Program-made: the position numbers and the translations under genes
Source: Octopus vulgaris
Taxonomy: Eukaryota
DNA length: 64,000 bases
Direction: 5' to 3'
NCBI GenBank assembly: GCA_951406725.2
Contig: OX597840.1
Coordinates: 28,768,001 to 28,832,000 of the forward strand
Shown: piece after piece, positions 53,548 to 64,000 of the stretch
Layout of the letters: the number at the start of each line of letters is the position of its first letter
Numbering within the stretch: the first letter of the stretch is position 1
Notes under the pieces: generated by a model
Database searches by the model: none
Seen by the model: the letters and a program-made list of their open reading frames with translations, nothing else
What the model was told of the DNA's origin: nothing

Positions 53548-54421
53548 CATATGCATATATGCGCAGGATGTCACCATCAGCAAACAACAGGAAATGCAAA
53601 AACAAATGAGTTCAATATGCAAACGAGAGAAACAAATGGAAAACATGACAAGTAACACAAAGAACGACCCTTCATCAGTTATTGGCTGTCTGTCTACTCC
53701 TCATTTCGAGCATATGTATGTATATATGCAAATGGAATTGTAGTTGTAGCCGATGCCAGTGTTACGTAACTGGCACCTGCGCCAGTGGCATGTAAAAGGC
53801 ACCCATTACAATCTTGGAGTGGTTGGCATTAGGAAGGGCATCCAGCCATAGAAACCATTCCAAATCAGATTGGAACCTGGTGCAGCCCTCCGGCTTACCA
53901 GCTCCAGTCAAATCGTCTAACTCATGCCAGCATGGAAAGCTAAATGATGATGATGATGTGTGTGTGTGTGTGCATCTTTGTATCTCTGTTTGTCCCCCAC
54001 CACAGCTTGACAACCAGTGTTGGTGTGTTTACATCGCCAAAACATGACATTTTGACAAAAGAGACCAATACAATAAGAGCCAGGCTTTAAAATGCATACT
54101 TGGTCAATTGGTTTGACTAAAAATTCTTCAGCATGGTTGCAATATAAATGACTGAATCAAGTAAAACAGGACAAACTTGTAAAAGACTTCTCGAAACTTT
54201 TGGTTTCTTCCACCAATTTCAAGTTTTCCTTCAGTTTGTCTTTAAGTAGTATGGCTGTCTCATTTCATTTCTTCTGGTAACAGTCAGTTCTTAACTGACT
54301 CATGAGAAGAAACTTTTGTTTTATATGCTTGTGCATGTGTTGTGTGTGTGTGTGTGAATGTGTGTCTCAGATGGAACGTAGTCATTTATTGTCATGAAAC
54401 TTTCTAACTTTCTAATCAATA

Positions 54422-55668
54422 TCTATAAAGCTGAAATGCGAAAAATTTGCTTGTCTCATTTTGAGATGGGGTCGGATAGGCGCCAAAATTTACAGGGACA
54501 TGTAAAAAGAGGTGAGGAAGCGACTAGACTAAGTTAGAAACTCCTATCTCAAAAGCTGTGATTACTAGGGCAAGAAAAGCCAGACTTTGACAAGTGTTTG
54601 TCGTTTCTCTCTTTCGGATATCACCCTGTCTTTCTCGATCTCTCTCTTTCCTTCCTTCCCTCCACTTTTCACCAATATCTATAAAGTTGAAATGCGAAAA
54701 ATTTGTTTGTCTCATTTTGGGATGGGAACAGTTTAAAGGTAGATGGGGTCAGATAGGCACCAAAATTTACAGAGACATGTAAAAAGAGGTGAGGAAGCGA
54801 CTGGTCTAGGTTAGAAATCCCTATCTCAAAAGCTGTGGTTACTAGGTCAAGAAAAGCCAGACTTTGACAAGTGTTTGTCGTTTCTCTCTTTCGGATATTA
54901 CCCTGTCTTCCTCGATCTCTCTCTTTCCTTCCTTCCCTCCATCATCAGTATCTATAAAGCTGAAATGCGAAAATGTTGGTTGATTTCTTGGTTGTTTGTC
55001 TCATTTTGGGATGGGAGCGGTTTAAGGGGTGGTAGATGGGGTCTGATTGGCGCCAAAATTTACACTGGGGGTAAAATAGGGTGGGCAATGGTGTGAGGAG
55101 GTTTGCAAGTCGCTTTGGGCTACTGTTTGGTTGCCATGGTGAGGAATATGGGAAAAATTGAGTTTTATGGGATAGACAGCTTGCGCTGTTTGAATAATGG
55201 TGATTTTCATGTTGTTGCAGGGGCTAGAGGTGGTTATCTTTAATTGTGGGTGTAAAAATTTGGGGGATTTTGGAAAGGGAGGTAAGTTTTCAACTTTTAA
55301 AAAGAGTGCATTTTTGCCTTATTTTTAGATTTAATTTTTTCTGTTTGCATTATTTGGTTGACATGGGTAAAAATGGCATTGTGTTAAGGGCCAAAATTTT
55401 AGCTTTCATTTGCACCATGAACCGTCAAAATATACCAGAAAAAAGTATCAAATTTCACAAAATTTTAAGTAATTTTGAATTATTTTTGTGATTTTACATG
55501 TACGCGTAAGAGAAAGTGAGGGAGAGTGCGAGAGAAAGTAAAAGTAAGAGAGTGGGAAAGTGAGAGAGAAACAAAGAGGAAGAATGTGGCGATAAGAAAC
55601 AGAAAGGAAGCAACAGAAAGTAACAACCACACCCTCACCCACGTGTAGAGCGGGTCACCTTAAGCTAG
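54422..55668 (+). mobile_element. Helitron-like element with three stacked 5' ends
   Basis: A|TCTATAAAG(C/T)TGAAATGCGAAAA at 54422, 54678 and 54951; single 3' weak hairpin and CTAG|T at 55665-55669. Confidence 0.65.
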
Positions 55669-57098
55669 TCGAATTTAGATTAAATCTTTCCTTCCCAAAG
55701 TTATTTTACTCTTTTGTACCTCAGTGCTGCAACATTGTAAGTAGAGAGTGAATATAAAGTTACTGAGTACAGGGGGCAGCTGCTGTTGCTTCTTCTTCTT
55801 CTTCTTCTTCTTCTTCTTCTTCTTCTTCTTCTTCTTCTTCTTCTTCTTCTTCTTCTTCTTCTTCTTCTTCTTTTCTTCTTCTTTTCTTCTTCTTCTTCTT
55901 CTTCTTCTTCTTCTTCTTCTCCTCCTCCTCCTCCTCCCCCTCCTCCCTTTTTGCTGCCTCTTTCCCTGCCCCTTCCTTTTCTCCTCCTCTTCCCCCTTCT
56001 TTTCCTTTCTCTATTTTTATCTCTGTTGACATCAGTGTCGTCGTCATTATCATCATCATCATCATTGACTTCTCCACATTTTTTTCATTCTTTTTCTTCC
56101 CATCTTTTCTTATTCTCCTATAGTAATTCCATTAACGTCTCTCTAAGACCTAAGACGCTTCATAAGAACACAAAACAGACACCTAACACGTGACAAGTGC
56201 GACCCCAGGATTAAAAAAAAACCCTCCAGGGTTAACCTCCAAGGCGTTTCAACTCAGAACTTAAAGTACCATAACCGAATATCCACAAGAGATATATTTT
56301 TGCTTTCTTTTTTGGCTTCTTTTTGATTATTTTTTTCCCTTTTTAAAATGATATCCAACACCTTAATGGTTCTACAAAATGCCAAACTGAGCTGCCATCT
56401 CAAAGATAATCATCTAAAAGCCAATTCTTGAATTTTGTGCTTTTTTCTTTTTTTTTTCTTTTTCCCGTGGAAGCGGCATCTGTTTGGTAACAACATCAAA
56501 AGTGGTGATGCTCGACTTTTGTGATATTTCAACAGAATCTTCTGGTAATGGTTTGTCACAGGAAGCAGTGAAGTCTTATTTTCTCAACAACAGACTGATT
56601 GATCGGCTCCGAGTATAAACAAAATCGAAGAGAAGAATAAATAAATAAATAAAAATAAAAAATACAGTTTCTTAAGGAAAACAATAAATCATAACGAAAA
56701 GCATCGTTTTTTTTTCCTTCTTTCTTTATTATTAATTTTTTATTCCATATTTTTCTGTTCCTTTTTTTGTTTGATTTTATTTTTTTTTTGTTAAACTTTG
56801 CATGTTTTGAATTCAATTTTAACAAATTGAAAAAATATTTTATCTTCCTTTATTCAAACATCCGAAATCAAAGGGTTAAACTTGTTGTTATTCTTGCTAT
56901 TGTTGTTGTCGTTGTTGTTGTTGCTCTTGCTCTTCTTCTCCTCCTGGGTCTCCTTCTCCTCCTTTTCCTGTTTCTTCTTTCCAGCACACTCCCCTTCCTC
57001 TTCCTCCTCCTCCTCCTTCCACCACCACCACCACCATCATCATTGCTGCTGCTGTCTCCACTGCCACCGCAACCACAATAACGATGACTACCACCCTC

Positions 57099-57190
<92 letters not shown>

Positions 57191-57191
57191 G

Positions 57192-57357
<166 letters not shown>

Positions 57358-57506
57358 CACCGCCGCCGCCGCCGCCGATAGATATACACAATTAGATGAA
57401 CTGAGGTAGGAATAAAAGTAATAGAAATAATAAAAGTAATAAAAGTCATTATTATGAGATTACTGAATAGATTCAAGCAGCATACCAGACTATTCATTGC
57501 TTTGAA

Positions 57507-57556
<50 letters not shown>

Positions 57557-57889
57557 TGACAAGCTTCTTTCAGTTTTCATCTACCAAATCCTCTCACAAG
57601 GCTTTGGTCTGCCTGAAGTTATAGTAGAAAACACTTGCCTAAGGTGCTGTGCAGTGGGACTGAACTTGGAATCATGTGGTTGGGAAGCAAACCTCTTACC
57701 ACATAGCCATGCCTGCACCTATAAGCAACTAACTGCACTAATACTTCAGCAAAAAAACTTGTCTGGATTCCCAAGGGCCATTTGGGCCTTGGTTGAGAAC
57801 CACTGGGCTCAACTTTTCAAGACAGTGCCCCAGTATGACCACAGTCAAATGGCTGAAACAAATATAAAAACATAAGAATATAATTGATT

Positions 57890-58606
57890 CCAAATTTTGG
57901 CACAAGGCCAGCAATTTCAAGGAAGGGATTAACTCGATTACATCACCACCAGTATGTAACTGGTACTTAATTTATATACAGAGCAAAACGGCGGCAAAGA
58001 TATTCTTAGATAAATATAGCAAGCTGGCAGAATTGTTAGCATGCTGGGTAAAATGCTTAGCGGCATTTCAGCAATCCTTACCTTTTTGAGTTCAAATTCC
58101 GCTGAGGTCGACTTTGCCTTTCATCCTTTCGGGGTCGATTAAATAAGTACCAGTTACGCACTGGAGTCGATGTAATCGACTTAATCCATTTGTCTGTCCT
58201 TTTTGTCCTCTCTGTGTTTAGACCCTTGTGGGTAGTAAAGAAATAGGTATTTCGTCTGCCACTACGTTCTGAGTTCAAATTCCGCTGAGGTCGACTTTGC
58301 CTTTCATCCTTTCGGGGTCAATTAAATAAGTACCAGTTACGCACTGGAGTCAATGTAATCGACTTAATCCATTTGTCTGTCCTTGTTTCTCCACCTATAT
58401 GTTTAGCCCCTTTTGGGCAATAAAGAAATAGGTACTTAATTTATTGACCCTGAAAGGATGAAATGCAAGGTCAATCTCGGTGAAATTTGAACTCAGAAAG
58501 GTAAAGATAGCTGAAATGCCGCTAAGCATTTTACCCAGCATGCTAACAATTCTTCCAGCTTGCCATATTTATCTAAGAATATCTTTGCCACTGTTTTGCT
58601 CTGTAT
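57890..58606. mobile_element. SINE B fold-back composite
   Basis: 57976-58151 is the reverse complement of 58431-58606; 14-bp direct repeat at 57962-57975 and 58431-58444. Confidence 0.8.
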
Positions 58607-59451
58607 GTTTGCTTGATTGATTAATTTTCAATTTTGTTTCTGTGTTATCTCAGAAGCTACTGTGTTTTCTAAATAGTTTCTATAGCAGTTCCTAAGATAA
58701 CTGTATTATCTTAGAAACCATTCTGCCTACGGAATCTAAATCATAATCTATGAATACTAAAGGAGATAAAGTCAGAGGTTTTCTTTTTCTTAAAGAAACC
58801 TTTTGTCAGAATTTGCTCTATTTTTCTTTCCTCTTTTTTTTGTGTGTGTTTTGCATAGTTATTTGGACACTAATCTCATCTCATACCCCAATTCCATTAA
58901 GTAGGTAATATGTCGGACAAGATACGGCCTTTGTACGAAAGCGAAACAGAGATAAACAAACAAACAAACACACAAACAGATAAATAAATAACTAAATAAA
59001 TATATACAAACATGAATAAATAAATAAATAAATTGCCATAGAAATACGTTGATGCAAATAGACACATAAATAAATTGAGCAAGAGACAAACGTTCAAATA
59101 TTGGCCACATGGAAGGAGATATGTTCGTATGCACACACACGCACATACATACATGTACACACGTGGACATATACACATTTAGGTGCAGACGCAAACAGAC
59201 ACACTGATGTGTGTATAATGGAATGGTTTCTTTCAGATATTGAAGGCTGTGATATGGAGAGTAATATAAAGCACTTTCAGATACTAACCATGAACAGAGA
59301 GAAATACATTTTCATCTGTCGCAACACAGTAATATATATTCTTTCAACTACTGATGGCTGTAAAAGTTACTGGTATAGAATATATTCACATATTGATTTC
59401 ATCTGTATGAAAATATGCTTAAATATACATAAGTGTGTGTGTGTGTGTATC

Positions 59452-59909
59452 ATAGCAGGTGGAGAAGGATTGTGCATGAGGGGACAGCCACTTTTGAGAA
59501 ATCTCGAGTTGCACATGGGAAAGTAAGGAGGGATGTCAGGAAGGGCATCGCTGTTACGCTTCCAGAAGGGAAGGGTCTTCCTATAATGCTGACATGCAAT
59601 GTCTGTGCAAGACCCTGCTTCAGTAAAGCTGGACTCATGAATCATCTTCGTAGTCATAAAACGAGACAGATGAGTGACAACCTGGCCACTGGTGGTGGTG
59701 TAACACACCATACTAATCATATCTGTCGGGCATGTGGAAGATAGTGTAATTCGGCAGGAGGATTTAAATGACATGCTACAACTACAGCCGGCTATTACCA
59801 GTAAAGGTCTTAGGTGCCAATTTTGTACAAGACATTGTAGATCTTTAGCTGGGCTAAAAAGTCACATTCGATCACAGCACCAATAACAGTTAAGCGAGGG
59901 GGCAGCCAT
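59452..59909 (+). mobile_element. RTE-clade LINE 3' end with three C2H2 fingers (decayed)
   Basis: SRWRRIVHEGTATFEKSR...CNVCARPCFSKAGLMNHLRSH...; matches 17030-17379. Confidence 0.8.
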
Positions 59910-60324
59910 AATATATATATATAACTTCGGGACAAGAATGCAAAACATTCAAATAGACGACACAAAAAACGGACGGGTCATTTGAAGCCTCTAATCTTCA
60001 GTCAAGAACTGGATCATCCTCGCAATTTCAGCTGATTAATCTTGAGATCGCTCCGATCTGGCCAGCCTCAAGAAAAAACTAAGCTACGAGCATTAGATTT
60101 CTTGGAAAAAGGATCGAATGTATACGAAACAAGGACAGAAAAACGGACGATGCCACACGAATATAAAATACAAAAAACAATAATAATAATAATAACAGGA
60201 CAAAAACAACAGGCGTCTTTCGACTTTAGACAGTTCAACTTAGCTGGCGTATTTGAAAAATAATGCCTTACTGCAGACGAAAAAATCGATGTTGTCGTGG
60301 CGCTGCTCAGAAGCCGAATATACA

Positions 60325-60414
<90 letters not shown>

Positions 60415-60515
60415 GTATATGTATATTTATGTATATATATATTTATGTATATGTATATATATATATGTATATTTATGTATATATATATTTATGTATATGT
60501 ATATATATATATATA

Positions 60516-61710
60516 TTGGATCACCCTATAAATAATGCAGTTTTTTCAACTGCATGAACTAAAAGTTGGTGGGGTACAAGATAAACTACCTGCAGCAAAT
60601 AGAAGCAAGTAGTAATTTTACCTTGTACTTATTCTTGTGCAAGATTTGAAGAGTGCAGTTCGGTTTTAACAGTTATTTTTCAAAGCTATAATGGAAGTGA
60701 GAACGTAGCATATTTGGCATATTTTGCTTTATGAGTTCAATAAAGGCAACAACGCAACGGAAAGTGTGAGGAATATTAATGCAGTATATGGGGATTGGAA
60801 AATAAGCATAAGCCAGTGTCGATGGTGGTTCCAGCAATTCTAAGCTGGAATCTACAGACTAGAAGATGAGCCTCGTCCTGGAAGATCTGTAGAGCTTTAT
60901 GAGGACATTCTGCAAACCCTGGTGGAACAAAATCCCATCATAACTGTTGAAGGAATTAGCAGAGAAGCTTGGATTTGGTCATTCAAACATTCATTGACAC
61001 CTGCATGCCATTGGAAAAGTCAGCAAACTGGGTCAATGGGTTCCTCACAAACTTTCTAAGTCTAATAATTCACAGAGAGTGAATGTCTGCTCTTCTTTGC
61101 TGTCACATCTCATGAATAAACCATTTTTTTTTTTTGACTGAATAGTAACTGGTGACAAGAAATGGGTTCTCTATGAAAATGTCACACATCGAAGATAGTG
61201 GGTAGGGAAAGGAGAACACCAGCACCCCAGGCTATAGGTCTTCACCTACATAAGGTGTTGTTATCTGTTTAGTGGGATATGAAAAGTTTAGTCCACTTTG
61301 AACTTTTAAACCCAAACCAAATGATAACAAAGGAGATCTATTGTGAACAGCTTGAATGGCTAGAAGGAAAACGACTAAATTTAGTTTCAAGATGAAAGGT
61401 GTTCTTCCATCAGGATAATGCTCAGCCACATACAGTGAGGATGACATTCAAAAGGCTGGAGAAATTTGAATGGGAAACGATGCCCCACCCACCATATTCA
61501 CTGGACATTGCCTCATCTGATTATCCTTTATTCTGCAGTCTTCAAAATCATTTGGACGGAAATAATATCAATTCTTTAGACGAGGTCAGAACAGTACTGG
61601 AAGTGTATTTTTCATCACAGACAAGTTAATTTTGGAAGAGGGGCCTTATAAGTCTACCAGATAGATGAAAGAACATTGTAGAAAATGAAGGAAAGTATAT
61701 TTTAGATTTA
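60516..61710 (+). pseudogene. mariner DD34D transposase pseudogene with left TIR
   Basis: TA|ttggatcaccctataaataatgcagttttt; ATG 60691; LEDEPRPGR, WVPHKL, IVTGDKKW, HQDNAQPH-(34 aa)-SSDY; multiple stops and frameshifts. Confidence 0.9.
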
Positions 61711-61861
61711 AAAGGAATTTTGTTCTTCATAATTTTGCAAAACAAAAGATGTATAAAAGGTGTGGTTGTATGGTAAGATGTTTACTTCCCAACTACTTAG
61801 CTCCAAGTTCAGTCCCACTGCATGGCACCTTGTGCAAGTGTCTTCTACTATAACCCCAGGA

Positions 61862-62530
61862 TAACCCTTGCAAAGTGATGTCTTTTAATGCCTCCATTGT
61901 ATTTTTCTTCACCTCTTCCACATCTGCCAAAATTTTCCCTTCAAGGACTTTTTTCATTTGGGGGAATAAAATAAAAGTTTCAGTGAGTAAGATTGGGTGA
62001 AGTGGGAGGGTGGTCAAATGAGGTCGTGCCATTTTTGGTCAAAAACTGTCTCACACTTCTGTGAGTAAGCGAGGCACAAATTTTACTGCAACTCTTTTCA
62101 TTCACAGTTCCTCGCTCAATATTCATTGGCAGGAGCTCCAGGGCACACCAGTCATGTCAACAAGTTCATCAACTGTTCACTGATGGTCCCCCAATATTAG
62201 TTCATGAATTTTCATATTTTTCATTCGTTTGGGAGGTCGGTGGTTGCTCTGAATGAGGTTGATCTTCAAGTGACAAGTGACCATTCCTAAACTGTGGAAA
62301 CCACTCATAAACTTGTGTTTTGCTCAGGGCAGCATCCTTGTAAGCTGTTTGAATCATGACGACTGTTTTGGCTGCCGTTTTCCCCAGAAGAAAACAGAAT
62401 TTCATAGAAGCACACTTATTTCATTTCAGCCATCGCAAAAATTGATGAACTGTGGTGAAGCACCACAAGACAAAGATGCACAATGTGGCAGTATAACATC
62501 AACAGATGCTGCCAGCTGGCTGACAGATGC
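61862..62530 (-). pseudogene. Internally deleted mariner transposase relic
   Basis: MKFCFLLGKTAAKTVVMIQTAYKDAALSKTQVYEWF...LEDQPHS; FILFPQMKKVLEGKILADVEEVK. Confidence 0.8.
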
Positions 62531-62539
62531 CTGAGCATG

Positions 62540-62687
62540 GCAGTAGTAGTAGTAGTAGCAGCAGCAGCAGTAGTATTAGTAGTGGTAGTTGTAACAGCAG
62601 CAGCAGCAGTAGTAGTAGTATTAGTAGTGGTAGTATTAATAGTGGTAGTTGTAACAGCAGCAGCAACAGCACCAGCACCAGCAGCAC

Positions 62688-62747
<60 letters not shown>

Positions 62748-64000
62748 CACCACTACCACTGCCGCCAACTTTGCTCCCATTTCAAAGACATTACCAAAGT
62801 GGAGAAATGTTCTTGTGAGAAATATCTCCCAAAGACTGGTGATTCTTTGCAGGAATTTACCAAAATCTACCAATATTTATCAGTTGTTAGAGAAACATTA
62901 ATTCTATAGACTCCTTCATTGAGTTGGTTTAGTCTCGGTTCTTCAGGGTAAATCGCAATCTTCATCACACACGGACACACACACATGCACACACGCACAC
63001 ATGTACACACACACAGGCACACACGCACACATGTACACACACGTGTATGCACACACGCATATACATACACATAGATACACATGCACACACAGCCACACAC
63101 AAATACATACACATAGATACATATGCACGCACACACACACAGATGCACACCCACACATATACACACATATGTGCATGTATACACACATATACATACACAT
63201 AGATACACATGCACACACAGACACACACAAACACATACACAGACTCACATGCTCATACACACACACAGGTGCATATGCACACACACACACACACTTAGGC
63301 CCATACACATTCACATATACAAACACACACACATGCACAAACACAGACACATACATACACATGCAAATTCGCATACACACATATACATGCACATACACAC
63401 ACAGAGACACACTCATACACATACATATACACACAGAGACACAAACACACACACAAAAACAGACAGACAGACACACATAAATTGTTTTTCAGTTAATGAA
63501 AGAGGGAGGGGGAGAGGGAGAGAGAGAATGAGAACAAAGTATAGTAAGGGAAGGAGAAAAAGAGAGAGAGGGAAAGAGTTTGGGAGAATGAAATAAATAA
63601 GGAAAAGAGAAAAGAAGGAAAGAAAGAAAGAAAGGAAAAAAGAAAGAAGGGAAGAAAGAAAGAAAGAAAGAAAGAAGGAAAGAAAGAAAGATAAGGGGAA
63701 GGATAGAGTGAAAGAAAAATCAAGAGTAATGGAGACTGAAAGAGTAAGAGTGAATGAGAAAAAGAAAGGAGAGAAAAAGAGAAGGGAGAGAGAGAGAAAG
63801 AATCAAATAGAAAGAGAGAGAGAGTGAGAGCAAGAGAAAGAGAAGGAAACAGTGAGAGAGTGAGAGAGGAAGAGAGAGAGAAAGAGAGAGAGAGAGTAAG
63901 AGAAAGGGAGAGAGAAAGAGAGCAAGAGAGAGAGAGAGAGAAAGAGAAAGGGAGAGAGAAAGAGAGCAAGAGAGAGAGAGAGTAAAGGAGAGACAGAGAG
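62540..64000 (-). repeat. Right arm of the inverted segmental duplication (runs off the window)
   Basis: Core 62755-62970 is the reverse complement of 45036-45250 with ~6 substitutions. Confidence 0.9.

Noticed and set aside
60691-61710. Domesticated SETMAR-like transposase
   Set aside because: Multiple stops and frameshifts; no SET domain.

Overview
Eukaryotic, very AT- and microsatellite-rich DNA. The repeat families (tRNA-headed SINEs, RTE/CR1/Tx1/R4 LINE relics, Penelope-like fragments, mariner, hAT MITEs, Helitrons) look like those of an Octopus/coleoid cephalopod genome; this is inferred from remembered repeat families, not from a search. No intact host protein-coding gene, rRNA, tRNA or CRISPR array is supported, and almost all ORF-track entries are translations of simple repeats. 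The window is probably intronic or intergenic. Main signals: (1) about nine minimal type I hammerhead-ribozyme motifs in Penelope-like fragments, with the core 3-8 tertiary pair present as C-G, U-A and G-C; (2) several near-perfect fold-back hairpins; (3) a >=1.4 kb inverted duplication (44.0-45.5 kb vs 62.5-64.0 kb) with a ~97%-identical unique core; (4) a 15 x 73-bp minisatellite amplified from a Tc1-type transposase catalytic motif; (5) SINE trimers bounded by a single TSD; (6) an Academ-like XPG-domain transposon relic; (7) short unique islands with dense transcription-factor or splice motifs. Coordinates were counted by hand and may be off by a few bases.
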